A stretch of 64,000 nt of DNA from an uncultured delta proteobacterium. Its GTDB lineage: Bacteria; Desulfobacterota; Binatia; UBA9968. Where the stretch lies: the NCBI GenBank assembly GCA_963816145.1, contig CAWFJP010000017.1, positions 1 to 64,000 of the forward strand. The letters run 5' to 3'. Numbering within the stretch: position 1 is the stretch's first letter; every line of letters begins with the position of its first letter. The notes beneath the pieces are model-generated. The model had not been told where the DNA came from. It worked only from the letters and a program-made list of their open reading frames with translations, and searched no databases. The position numbers were made by a program, and so were the translations under genes. This document shows positions 47,735 to 57,661 of this stretch, piece by piece.

Positions 47735-48934
47735 TTAAACGAGAAAGGATAATTTTTTAACCAATTTACATTGGCCGTTTTCAATCTCGTATACGAAAGT
47801 ATCTATCTTGAAGAGGGAATTCTTCACGAAAATAAAATCGAACACATGGAAACCGTTGCGCTTGGCTTCGGCTTGGCAAGCACTTGGAGCCATCGATACT
47901 AACATCTTGCGAACCTTAAGTTTATTGATTTCCGCGTTTAGATTATTGCGCGCTGAGAACGTTTCCAGATGCGCATAGAACCCAGCGGCATTTCTGAATT
48001 CAGCCGGCGAACTTACATCAAGCCCGAGCACGTCTCGAATATAAAAATAGGTGAAATATGACTCCACGCTCGGATATTTGCCGTCCTGAGTCGGCTCGCG
48101 CGAGTATCCGAGGGTCGTGTTAACGGAAAACCAATCGATAATCTTTTTGGGGATGAAGGATTTCCAAAATGCCGCTTCTTGGCCTTTCGATGGAAACATC
48201 CTTGTGATGAGAGCCGTAGGAAGACAGTCGACGAAACTCTTATGCGTATGACCGAAAAAAACCCCGTGGAATCCAGTAGAGAGCATGTAATTCGCGACGT
48301 CTTGTGAATTGGTCAGCTCGGTGGATCGCTCGCGCTTTTGTTCCGGAGGTTGGATGAAGTGATGATGTAGGACGGCGATGTCGAGGGTGTTCTTGGCGAT
48401 GGTTCTTGGAGTCAGCTCGTAGGAATCGATTTTGCCTTTGGCAAAAGTCCGATTCGAGTCGCTGCTATCAAAAACGTGGAAATTTGTAGTGATTGCACCG
48501 AAGTTAAACGTAACCTTTTTCCCGCTTCTTATTACAGGGAAGATATTGTTGTAGTCGTCCAACGAGGTTTGTTGAAGGTTACCGTTGAATCGATCATGAT
48601 TCCCAGGAACAATGACGTAGTGACGATTGGTATTCTTCGCCAAATCGAGCCCTAAGCTGGTTGCGCCAACGTTTACCGTTTGTTGAATCCACGTATGCAC
48701 CCAGACGAAACTATCGATGCTTCCGACGCGGCTCACATCGCCGGAAATGACCAGTACGTCCCATGGGTTGTGGTTGAGAAAAGCGTCGAGCGCAATGAAA
48801 GCCTTAAAATTATGACCGTACCGGTGCGGAGCTTTAATTTGATTTGCTGTGCTGCTGATGAGTTGCTCAGAGATATGCAGGTCTGAAATGTGAACGACCC
48901 GTATGGTGACATCGGGCGGCGCTTCTTGGTTCAT
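47735..48934 (-). CDS. Calcineurin-like metallophosphoesterase
   Basis: SDLH, SGD, VPGNHD, LHHH, GHTH motifs; visibly more AT-rich than neighbours. Confidence 0.85.
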   Translation of the reverse strand: MNQEAPPDVTIRVVHISDLHISEQLISSTANQIKAPHRYGHNFKAFIALDAFLNHNPWDVLVISGDVSRVGSIDSFVWVHTWIQQTVNVGATSLGLDLAKNTNRHYVIVPGNHDRFNGNLQQTSLDDYNNIFPVIRSGKKVTFNFGAITTNFHVFDSSDSNRTFAKGKIDSYELTPRTIAKNTLDIAVLHHHFIQPPEQKRERSTELTNSQDVANYMLSTGFHGVFFGHTHKSFVDCLPTALITRMFPSKGQEAAFWKSFIPKKIIDWFSVNTTLGYSREPTQDGKYPSVESYFTYFYIRDVLGLDVSSPAEFRNAAGFYAHLETFSARNNLNAEINKLKVRKMLVSMAPSACQAEAKRNGFHVFDFIFVKNSLFKIDTFVYEIENGQCKLVKKLSFLV

Positions 48935-49132
48935 AGGTTTGGCAAGTGATATGTCCCCGACGCTAAACCAACGGCACGCATCAGGATCTATTAACCGAAC
49001 TTGCTTGCTGTGCGGTTGCGTTTATCATACACCACATCTTAACAAAGTGCTCAGCGGTTTGGACCGGAAACGATTGGAATCGCCCTTACTTAATAAACCG
49101 TCCCAGTTCCAGCTGAATGCCGGGGATTGATC

Positions 49133-49178
49133 GGGTTACATCTGGTATCGCAACAAATGTGTGATCCCAAAACCTACC
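49133..49178. repeat. GGGGTC/GACCCC-type hairpin repeat, degenerate copy
   Basis: GGGTTACATCTGGTATCGCAACAAATGTGTGATCCCAAAACCTACC aligns with the copy at 62666. Confidence 0.45.
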
Positions 49179-49282
49179 GTCATCACCGCTCACCGCATGC
49201 ATGACGCCGATTGGCCGCATCGACGATGCGGGTCGGTTCGGTTTCATGACGTGTATCTCTGAGAGCTTGCGACCCGTGGCTT

Positions 49283-50275
49283 TTAAAAACCTTGCAGCGT
49301 CCCATCTGGGGTTCTGACGACATGCTTGAGGGGCGCGCCTGAAAGATAGCGGCGCGTGTTGTCACGGACAAGCTCGCTCATCCGCCGCCACAGTTGCCGT
49401 CCGCCCTGACCGCCGACATGGGGCGTCATCAGCACGTTGGGCAGATCCCACAGCGGGCTCGATGCCGGCAACGGTTCTTCGGCGAAGGCGTCTAGTCCGG
49501 CCCCCTTGATGCGACCCTCGGCGAGGGCGCGGGCCAGCGCCGCCTCGTCCACGACCTTGCCGCGGGAGATGTTCACCAGGATCGCCGTCTCTTGCATGAG
49601 GGCGATTCTTTCGGCGCTGAGAAATCCCCTTGTGCCGCTGTCCAGCGGCAGCGCCACCATGACCACGTCGGCGCTGGGCAGAACCTCATCTACTTTTTCT
49701 CGGGGCACCACGCGATCGATCTCCGGCACGGCGGCGGAAGGCGCGCGGGTGACGCAGATCACCTCCATATCGAACGCCTTGGCCTTGCGCGCGATCTCCT
49801 GACCGATGTGGCCCATACCGAGGATCACCAGGCGCGCGCCATCGGGGTCGAGTATATGGGAAGACATGGAGTTCCGCGCCCACTCTCGCCGTGGGCGCAA
49901 TTGCTCGAACCGGCGAAAGCCGCGCATGACGCCCAGCATCAGGGCGATAGCGTGGCTGGCCAGCACGCGCTGGCTGACGTCGCCGCTATTGGTGACCCAG
50001 ACGCCGTCAGGCAGTCCCGCTCTCAGCCCGATTTCGACACCGACGGTGGTGAACTGGATCCACTTGAGGGCCCGCCCTTTGTCGCGCACCAGGCGCGCGA
50101 ACTCCGCGGTGAAGGCGGAGTTGTAAGCATGGAGGATTTCCGCGCCGTCGAGTGCCTTGGCCAGGGATTCGAGGTCGTCGGCCTTGGCCGCCTCGACCTC
50201 GGGGAAGTCGCGCAGAAAGGCTTCGTCCACCACGTCATTGGCGGCCTGCACGAACTGGGCAATGCGAACTGTCAT
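49283..50275 (-). CDS. D-2-hydroxyacid dehydrogenase family protein
   Basis: GMGHIG, N.SRG.VVDE.AL, GAGLD.F.EEPLP, TPHVGG. Confidence 0.92.
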   Translation of the reverse strand: MTVRIAQFVQAANDVVDEAFLRDFPEVEAAKADDLESLAKALDGAEILHAYNSAFTAEFARLVRDKGRALKWIQFTTVGVEIGLRAGLPDGVWVTNSGDVSQRVLASHAIALMLGVMRGFRRFEQLRPRREWARNSMSSHILDPDGARLVILGMGHIGQEIARKAKAFDMEVICVTRAPSAAVPEIDRVVPREKVDEVLPSADVVMVALPLDSGTRGFLSAERIALMQETAILVNISRGKVVDEAALARALAEGRIKGAGLDAFAEEPLPASSPLWDLPNVLMTPHVGGQGGRQLWRRMSELVRDNTRRYLSGAPLKHVVRTPDGTLQGF

Positions 50276-50573
50276 GATGCTCCTGCGTGGCCGCGGCACG
50301 CCGTCGTGGCCGGTCACGAATCGAAAATTAATGATCTCCGGAGGTATACCGACGAACCGGCGAAGGGTCAAACACACGAGTGTTTGGTAGAAACCGCGCT
50401 GTTACGGTGCGGATTCGAACATCGAGCGCACGCGTATTTAGTGGAGTTCGGCCTTGCACTTTGCTAGAGCTGACTCGGAGTTTTCCGTCGCGTGCGTGTA
50501 TGTGCCGGACGATGGATCCATGTGTACTCCATGGTCTCAATGGCCCGCTTAGTCTGACGCCTCAGCTCAAGGA

Positions 50574-51236
50574 ATGACAGTCCGAATGTTCAAGAGACCT
50601 TATGTTCTCGCGATCGTGTCCTTCCTTATGATCCCCGCGGTCACTGTTTTGGCCGGGAGGTTGATTAATTCCATCAATCCCGAAATCGCCGCGGGTGATT
50701 CGAATTACGAGCGCAACTATTGGCTGTTGAGCCTGGCGAAGCATCTTTCCATTTTGGCAGTCTTGCTGGTGATTATCGGCTTGTGGTTTCTGACCTGTTT
50801 ATTTCTCGTCAAGTCCAAGAAAAGATCGTACGGCTGGTTGCCCTTGGCCATGCTTGGCCCCTTTGGATTGATTATCCTGACCATGCTTAGCGACAACGCT
50901 CCAGCGCCTGGGGATTTGTACCAGCAATTTGTTGGCAAACTAAAAACTTATCTGCGTATTGCGTACGAACTAGGTTTTTTCGCGGTCGTGTGGGTTGGTG
51001 CATATCAAACCATGGTTTTGACGCGCGACCTGATGATCATGTACGAAGCCGCCGCCACCGGAACTTCCACGGCGCAAATCATCAATCAACAAAACGCCTC
51101 CAGCGGTATGTGGGCTTTCAGCGAGAGTTTGGAAGTCTTGGTTCTGGTGGTTCTCTTCTATTTGCTGTGGCCGATTTGTTTTAACGCAGTGGGACGCCTG
51201 CCCAGACTATGGGCCTCCTCTTCCGACCTTTTTTGA
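50574..51236 (+). CDS. Hypothetical integral membrane protein
   Basis: About 5 hydrophobic segments; AAGGA upstream; no family recognised. Confidence 0.6.
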   Translation: MTVRMFKRPYVLAIVSFLMIPAVTVLAGRLINSINPEIAAGDSNYERNYWLLSLAKHLSILAVLLVIIGLWFLTCLFLVKSKKRSYGWLPLAMLGPFGLIILTMLSDNAPAPGDLYQQFVGKLKTYLRIAYELGFFAVVWVGAYQTMVLTRDLMIMYEAAATGTSTAQIINQQNASSGMWAFSESLEVLVLVVLFYLLWPICFNAVGRLPRLWASSSDLF

Positions 51237-51330
51237 CCACTCAGGTACCAATCACGAAAGCCATTCGCTAGATTGATACGGTTGTTATCTCAGATCCCGA
51301 CGCCTACTCTACACTCGCTTACACACTCTG

Positions 51331-52908
51331 CTATATCGGCTTGATTAGACCAGCGCGAAGAATTTTCCCGACTGCGCTTTTCGGCAGGCTTTCGGCGAAC
51401 TCGATGTTGTGAGGGATCTTGTAGGGGGCGATTTGTCCGCGCAGGCTTTCGCGGATGGATTGGGCGAAATCAGCCGATGGCTCGTAGCCGTCGGCCAAAA
51501 CTATGACGGCGTGAATCTTATTGCCGATATCGCTATCGGGTAGCGGAACGACCGCGGCTTCGATGATCGCGGGGTGCTTCTGCAGAGCGTTTTCGATTTC
51601 GCTCGGGGATATGAAAATGCCGCGGCTCTTGAAGCAGTCGTCGCGCCGGCCGGCGATGTAGAAATAGCCTTCGCTGTCCTGATAGGCGAGATCACCGGTA
51701 AGATACCAGCCGTTGCGAATCACCGCCGCGGTTCGCTCCGGGTCTTTGTAATAACCGAGAAACAGTCCCGGATCCGCGGTCGAAATCGCAAACTGACCAA
51801 GCTCGCCGCCGGCCACCGGTTTTAAATCGTCATCGAGAATCGCCGCGCCGACTCCGGGAAGGCATTTGCCGACCGATCCCGCTTTGACCGGGTCTCTGAC
51901 GCCGTTGCCGATCACCAGTTGGTACTCGGATACCCCGTAGTGCTCGTACAATTCGGAACCGACCCGCCGCTTCCATTCCGCATAGGTCGCCTCGCGCAGC
52001 GCCTCGCCCGTCGAGTGCGAACAGCGCAGGCTTTTTAGATCGTGATGCTTCTCGAACTCGGGCATCGCGAGCAGGCGGCGGTAAACCGTCGCGACGCAGT
52101 GGAGCACGGTCACTTTGAACTTCTCGACCGCAGTCAAAACGTTTTCCGGCGTGGCGCGGCCGGGGAGAATCGCGCCGGCGACCCCATTGCGCAACGGGAA
52201 CAGCAAATTGTGGCCGAGGGCGCTGATAAAGCTCCATTCGCCGGTGGCCATGACCACGTCGTTGTCTTGCGGCGGTAAACGGTAGCGGTTCAAATCACCG
52301 AGCGCGACAATCCAGCGATGGGCATGAACAATACCTTTGGGTTTGCCGGTGGTTCCGGAGGTGTAAACGATGAAAGCGGGCTCGTCGCTTCGGGTATCGG
52401 CTGAAACAACGGCCGGGGAGGACTTCGCCTCCAACGCTGCGAATGGAATTTCACTCCCTTCGGATTCACCGGCGCAAACGATATGCTTGAACAAAGCGCT
52501 GCCGCGCAGTTCACGCACGGCCTCGCGTCGCGATACTTCAGTGAAGATCAATAGCGGTCTGGTTTGCTCGAGCACGGCGGTCAGCTCGACGGCGGTGAGC
52601 AGAGAATTGACTAAAACCGGAATCACGCCGAGCCTGACCGCGGCGAGAAACGCGACGGCAAACTCCGGCGAGTTGCTCATCTTGATGAGAACCAGATCGC
52701 CGCGCTGCAACCCCAGCTCGAGCAAGCCCGCGGCCACTGATTGGACCCGCTGCTGCAACGAGTCATAGGTGACCACTCCGAACTCGCCCACCAGCGCGCA
52801 CCGAGCGCCGCAACCGCGGGCGATCGGAGCGTCGAGCACATTGTGCGCCAGATTCAATTTTTCCGGCGCTATGCGATAGTCGTGACCGCTGATTGCAGAA
52901 AAAGTCAT
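51331..52908 (-). CDS. Acyl-CoA synthetase (benzoate-CoA ligase/medium-chain-like)
   Basis: YTSGTTGKPKG, GEAL, YGVSE, TGD, GRRDD, LPKS..GKI.R. Confidence 0.9.
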   Translation of the reverse strand: MTFSAISGHDYRIAPEKLNLAHNVLDAPIARGCGARCALVGEFGVVTYDSLQQRVQSVAAGLLELGLQRGDLVLIKMSNSPEFAVAFLAAVRLGVIPVLVNSLLTAVELTAVLEQTRPLLIFTEVSRREAVRELRGSALFKHIVCAGESEGSEIPFAALEAKSSPAVVSADTRSDEPAFIVYTSGTTGKPKGIVHAHRWIVALGDLNRYRLPPQDNDVVMATGEWSFISALGHNLLFPLRNGVAGAILPGRATPENVLTAVEKFKVTVLHCVATVYRRLLAMPEFEKHHDLKSLRCSHSTGEALREATYAEWKRRVGSELYEHYGVSEYQLVIGNGVRDPVKAGSVGKCLPGVGAAILDDDLKPVAGGELGQFAISTADPGLFLGYYKDPERTAAVIRNGWYLTGDLAYQDSEGYFYIAGRRDDCFKSRGIFISPSEIENALQKHPAIIEAAVVPLPDSDIGNKIHAVIVLADGYEPSADFAQSIRESLRGQIAPYKIPHNIEFAESLPKSAVGKILRAGLIKPI

Positions 52909-52914
52909 CGCCGG

Positions 52915-53832
52915 CTATTTCTTGGGTTTTTTCGCCGGGCTTTTTTTCTGAAACGGCCAGTCAGCATCGTATGGGTAGGTGTAGCGCGGCGGGCGCTTTT
53001 CGACGAAGGCGCGCATGCCCTCTTGGCAGTCTTTGGTTCGGGTGATCTCGAGCACGGCGTCGAGCTCCTGCTGATAACCCTCGTCGGTTCGATTCCAGTT
53101 CCAGTACAGTTTCACCAGTCGTTTGGCTTGGCGCACGGATAAATAAGGATTCGCCGCGATGCGCCCGGCAAGAGCGAACGCGGTGTCGAGAAGCTTGGCG
53201 GCCGGCACGACTTCCTCGACCAGACCGATGCGCAATGCTTCTTTGGCGTCGATGATCTCGCCGGTAAGAATCAGACGCATCGCTCGACCGATGCCGATCA
53301 ACTTGGGCAAATTGCGCGCGCCGCCGCTTTCGGGCACGAAGCCGGCCGGCACCGCCACTTCGCCGAAGCGCGCGCGCTCCGAGGCGATGCGCATATCGCA
53401 CAGCGTCGCCATCTCGAGACCGACGCCGACCGCCGGACCGTTGATCGCGGCGATCGTCACTTGCGGCAGATCTTCGAGCTTGCGCATGGCGCTTTGCAGC
53501 ACGCGGTGGCGCAAATCGTTGAAAAAGTATTCGGCCATCTCCTTGTATGGGCCCGTGATACCGATGGAGCCTTCGAAGGCGCCGAGCACTTCGCCTTCCG
53601 ACTTGAGATCGCCGCCGGCGCAAAAGCCCCGCCCTTCGCCGGTCAGAATCACCACCTTGACGACGGAGTTGCGCGCGATCTCGTTGCACAGGGCATCGAG
53701 CTCCAGGCGCATCAGCGGGTCGACGGCGTTAAGCCTCTCCGGGCGATTCAAGGTGATGACGCCGATGCACGGTTCGCCGGGGTTATTGGGGTTGTCGTGC
53801 ACCGACCATTTGAGTGCTTTGTAATCCATCAA
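52915..53832 (-). CDS. Crotonase superfamily (enoyl-CoA hydratase/isomerase) protein
   Basis: LNRPERLNA, FCAGGDL, AINGPAVG.GLE, F.EKRPP. Confidence 0.9.
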   Translation of the reverse strand: MMDYKALKWSVHDNPNNPGEPCIGVITLNRPERLNAVDPLMRLELDALCNEIARNSVVKVVILTGEGRGFCAGGDLKSEGEVLGAFEGSIGITGPYKEMAEYFFNDLRHRVLQSAMRKLEDLPQVTIAAINGPAVGVGLEMATLCDMRIASERARFGEVAVPAGFVPESGGARNLPKLIGIGRAMRLILTGEIIDAKEALRIGLVEEVVPAAKLLDTAFALAGRIAANPYLSVRQAKRLVKLYWNWNRTDEGYQQELDAVLEITRTKDCQEGMRAFVEKRPPRYTYPYDADWPFQKKSPAKKPKK

Positions 53833-53885
53833 ATCTCCTGCTGACGCATAAAGTTTTCAATGCTTCGGGTGTACGATGTCTTATA

Positions 53886-53985
53886 CCCCTCTTTTGCAAA
53901 GAGGGGCCAGGGGAGATTTCCTGTCGCTTACCGCTCTTTGGCAATTTCAACAAATCCGCCTCGATCCGCCTTTTTCAAAGGGGGA
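53886..53985. repeat. Inverted pair of CCCCTCTTT/AAAGAGGGG REP-like palindromes
   Basis: CCCCTCTTTTGCAAAGAGGGGCCAGGGGAGATTT ... AAATCCGCCTCGATCCGCCTTTTTCAAAGGGGGA. Confidence 0.6.
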
Positions 53986-54055
53986 AGCGAAGCAGGAGCC
54001 GCCATCGCTTTTTTCGCAGGGATGGATATCGAAGCGCAGCCCACGATCCAAAACT

Positions 54056-55735
54056 TTATTTCTTTTTCTGCTGGCCGTAATAAGAAGTGTTGACCGCAAC
54101 TTCGTCGGTCCGTTTGCGTTCGCGGGCGATCTTTTCGCCGGTCTGCCAGAACTCGCCGGCGACGGCGAGCTTCGCCTCCTCGTCAAGCTCGGGATTCCAA
54201 TCGCCGAGCGAGTAGCCGTACCAGGGCGATTCGGGCTCCAATTTCGGCAACTCAAGCCTCTCCCAGAGTTTGCGCGCGCGCTCCATGTACTCCTTCTTCG
54301 GCAAAGAAATCGGCGGAAAGGTTTCTTTCAACGTCGCATCCCAGAGCAAACAGGAATCGTCGGCGCCGCCGCGCGCGTCGTGGCGCGGCGCATGACCGAC
54401 GTCGGTGCCGCGGATAATTTGCACGTCGCGGTGCGGCTGCGAGCGGTAGCCGAGCGCCCAGAACACCGCATCGAGATTCTCGGGATCGATATCCTCGTCG
54501 ACGGCAATGACGATCTTCGACATCGACGGGCGAAAAGTGACCGCGGCCATCAAGGCGCGCCAGACCTCGGCCTGGCTCGGCTGGCGCATTTGAATCACGG
54601 TCAGCTTCTGCGTCGCCGTCAGCGGTTCGTGCAGCATCACCCGGGTCACGCAGTTAATGCCGAGAACGTTTTTCAGATGATCGAGATAGAGCGGCTCGTA
54701 GGCCATCTTCTTGATCACGCTCGACTCCGACGGCGTCACCTGGCTGATGATCGAGCAGAGAATGGCTTTTTTGCGCCGCGTGATCGCAGTGACTTCCATG
54801 TACGGATTGTATTCCTTTGGGTTGACGTGGCCATGGGATTCGCCGAACGGCGCTTCCGGCTCGAGATATTCCGTCGAAACAAAACCTTCGATGATAATCT
54901 CGGCGTCGGCCGGAACCATTAGCGGCACGGTCTTCGCCTGGACGATACGGATCGGCGCGTTGACAAGGCCGCCGGCAACCGCGAACTCATCGACGTCGTA
55001 GGCGAGCTTTTGCGCGGCAACATACGAGATCGCCGGCACACCGCCGATGCACAGCGCAGCCGGCATCTTTTCCTTGCGCGCGCGATACTTTTCCCAATGC
55101 ACATAGATACCTTGGCCCAATTCCAGCGACGGATTACAGCCGACCCGGTCGCGCGCCTTGATCATCGCCCGGTAGGTGCCGATGTTGTGAATGCCGCTTT
55201 CGGGATCTTTGGTAATGTAGTGCGCTGCGCTGATGTAGGGCGCGTTGTCCCAACCCGGCGTCGAGATCGGCACCGGAATACCATCGAGTCCGCGGCCCGG
55301 TTCTTTCAGCTCGTCGCCCGTAGTGACGATCTCGTGCACCGGCGCCGCCGCGGAAGGAATCTCGACCGGCGGGACCGGATTCGCCTTCGCTTGCGCCCAG
55401 AGCTGGTTGACTTTTGTCGGATCGGTGCCGAGACCGATGCCGTAGATACGCCGGTTCGCCGCCAGAATCCCGATGGCGACCGGGATATCGTAGCGCTTGC
55501 CGCTAGCGTCCACCGGCTGTTCGAACAAGAACGCCTTGCGGTCTTTCTCTTTGATGCCGCCGCGAAATTGCCAGCGCACCAACGGATGCATCTCCTGGTC
55601 TTTGTCCACCGGCTCTTTGATCCGTATCAGCAAGCCCTCTCTTTCGAGTTGCTCCAAGTGATCGTGCAGATCGGGATACCCGCGCGCCGGAATGCTTGAT
55701 GCCTTTTCCGCCACTGCTAATTTCTTTTTCGCCAT
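54056..55735 (-). CDS. UbiD family (de)carboxylase
   Basis: PVP....D..PY, KDP..G..N.G.YR, VPA.AEIIIEG, EAPFGE, VDEDIDP; start at MAKKK. Confidence 0.9.
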   Translation of the reverse strand: MAKKKLAVAEKASSIPARGYPDLHDHLEQLEREGLLIRIKEPVDKDQEMHPLVRWQFRGGIKEKDRKAFLFEQPVDASGKRYDIPVAIGILAANRRIYGIGLGTDPTKVNQLWAQAKANPVPPVEIPSAAAPVHEIVTTGDELKEPGRGLDGIPVPISTPGWDNAPYISAAHYITKDPESGIHNIGTYRAMIKARDRVGCNPSLELGQGIYVHWEKYRARKEKMPAALCIGGVPAISYVAAQKLAYDVDEFAVAGGLVNAPIRIVQAKTVPLMVPADAEIIIEGFVSTEYLEPEAPFGESHGHVNPKEYNPYMEVTAITRRKKAILCSIISQVTPSESSVIKKMAYEPLYLDHLKNVLGINCVTRVMLHEPLTATQKLTVIQMRQPSQAEVWRALMAAVTFRPSMSKIVIAVDEDIDPENLDAVFWALGYRSQPHRDVQIIRGTDVGHAPRHDARGGADDSCLLWDATLKETFPPISLPKKEYMERARKLWERLELPKLEPESPWYGYSLGDWNPELDEEAKLAVAGEFWQTGEKIARERKRTDEVAVNTSYYGQQKKK

Positions 55736-56232
55736 GTCGCCTTGCTCTAAGGAATTTTCAATCGTTCGCAGCCTATAACAATTAGTTTTTTCGGTAAAGG
55801 CGAGGGCCATGAGTTTAGCCACACCTGTGCGGTAACAGTAAAACGTTCGCGGCAGCAACTTCATCTCAGCGGCGAAATTCGATTTGCCTTTTGCGGCACA
55901 AAATTCTTTGCCGAGCCGGCTCGCGAGTAGGGAATTTTCACTGCAGGAATTTTCCGTACAAGATTTTCTCGCTTCGGCCATTTGCATTGAAAAACCTAGG
56001 TTTTTTTAGTGGAACAGATCTTGCGGTTAAACTGAAATAGAATTTGCGCTTGATTTGAATTGTTTAGTTTTGCGCGGAGGTGTTTGACCACCAGGGTTAA
56101 ACAGATTTCAGCAAACATCAGGCTACGGTCGTAGTCGTCGCCGATCACGAGAGCGCGACAATACACCGTTGTAAAGAGTAACGTATCATGACGCGCGCCT
56201 TACAGGCGAAACAGTCAAAAGGAGTTTTTCCC

Positions 56233-57498
56233 ATGCGCTATTATTTGGCTTTGGCGGCCCTGATCGGGGTGAGTTTTTTGACTCCTTCGATCGCCGCTGC
56301 AGATTATAAATATCCCTATCACGATCCCTACTTAGCGACGGCGACAAGCGCTATTTTGAGCGACGATGGCGCCACGCCGCGCCTTGATTCGACGATCATC
56401 CGCGTGCCCGGGCTTCCCGGCAGAAATCATTTGCCGACGCTCGAAGGACGCGGTGACGTAAGTCTTGCCCTGTATCGCCAAACCCGTCCGGCCCCGCTGC
56501 TTTTTATTCTTGCTGGTCTGGGATCCAACCCCTATTTCGGGGTCGCGCCGTATCTCGCGAGTCTGTTCTATCGAGAAGGTTTCAATGTGGTGATCTTACC
56601 GTCGCCGATGAACTGGAATTTTGCCTTGTCGGCCAGCCGTAGCGGTGCGCCGGGTTACGCGCCGGAAGACGCTCGGGATTTATATGAAGTCATGCAAAAA
56701 ACTCTGACGGCTTTGAGATCGCGCTATGCTGTCAAGGCCACGTCGATCAACTTCATAGGGGTCAGCTTGGGCGCGCTTGAAGGCGCGTATCTCAGCGTGA
56801 TCGATGCCGACGAGGGAAAGCTTGGCATCGATAAGTATCTGCTCGTCAACCCGCCCGTCGACCTCGCTTACGCGGTCAAGAAAATCGATCAATGGAGCGC
56901 GTTGAAAGGAAAATTCGGCCGGCAGAAATCTCAGGATATCGTCTCGAAAGCGCTGGCTATTGTCGGTTCTTTTTCCGAGCAAAGGCGCGATGATCCTGTC
57001 GTTTTCGACAGATTGGCAAAGAAGTTCGCCGGCTTCCCGACGGAGCATCTCCAATTCCTGATCGCCGAGAATTTGCAAAGCCAACTTCCCGAGCTCATCT
57101 ACGTGACCCAAATCATTCACGATCAGAAGTTTCGCGCGGTTTCGAAAGACGAGATGAGAAAAAGGCTGGAGGAAGCTAAGGATATCACACTTACGAAATA
57201 CAACCGGTTGATCGGCGTGCCCTTGTGGCGAAAACAAATCGGCGACCCGCAGGCCGATTCGGATACCTTTATCCAGCGCGGTTCCTTGGCAGCCATCGTT
57301 AATCGGCTGCGCGATAACCCCAGAGTGCATATCGTCCACAATGCCGATGATTTATTGGTCGAGAGGAAATCCCTCGAAGGGCTCAAAGAAGCCTTGGGCG
57401 ACCAAGTGGTGCTCTATCCCTACGGCGGACATCTCGGCAACCTCTGGTACGCGGAAAATAAGGAATACGCTGTCAAATTATTCCGGCCGCATGCTTGA
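56233..57498 (+). CDS. Secreted alpha/beta-hydrolase-fold protein
   Basis: Signal peptide, GVSLG nucleophile elbow, NADD, GGHLG. Confidence 0.75.
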   Translation: MRYYLALAALIGVSFLTPSIAAADYKYPYHDPYLATATSAILSDDGATPRLDSTIIRVPGLPGRNHLPTLEGRGDVSLALYRQTRPAPLLFILAGLGSNPYFGVAPYLASLFYREGFNVVILPSPMNWNFALSASRSGAPGYAPEDARDLYEVMQKTLTALRSRYAVKATSINFIGVSLGALEGAYLSVIDADEGKLGIDKYLLVNPPVDLAYAVKKIDQWSALKGKFGRQKSQDIVSKALAIVGSFSEQRRDDPVVFDRLAKKFAGFPTEHLQFLIAENLQSQLPELIYVTQIIHDQKFRAVSKDEMRKRLEEAKDITLTKYNRLIGVPLWRKQIGDPQADSDTFIQRGSLAAIVNRLRDNPRVHIVHNADDLLVERKSLEGLKEALGDQVVLYPYGGHLGNLWYAENKEYAVKLFRPHA

Positions 57499-57574
57499 TT
57501 GGCCGGTTTTATCAACAGCCTTGGGAAAAGGTGCAGATGAAATTGCTACGCCCGCGGGTCATGAGCGATAAGGA

Positions 57575-57620
57575 GGTCACGTCTTGCATTGCGACAGATG
57601 TCTGAGCGAACGACTTGACC
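57575..57620. repeat. GGGGTC/GACCCC-type hairpin repeat, copy D
   Basis: GGTCACGTCTTGCATTGCGACAGATGTCTGAGCGAACGACTTGACC; first 22 nt identical to copy C. Confidence 0.7.
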
Positions 57621-57661
57621 GCCAAAATTCAGTTTGTTCGCGGCACTCCTTGCGGCTCGGA

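Noticed and set aside
45046-48934. Cyclase plus phosphoesterase as a cyclic-nucleotide signalling or CBASS/Pycsar-like system
   Set aside because: The cyclase family here is a KynB-like amidohydrolase lipoprotein, not a nucleotide cyclase, and the genes are not adjacent.
53876-54922. 348-aa plus-strand ORF
   Set aside because: Antisense shadow of the UbiD gene starting inside a REP-like repeat; no motifs.
55736-55987. 84-aa N-terminal extension of UbiD
   Set aside because: Family-like sequence begins near MAKKK (55735); the upstream DNA is AT-rich and looks intergenic.
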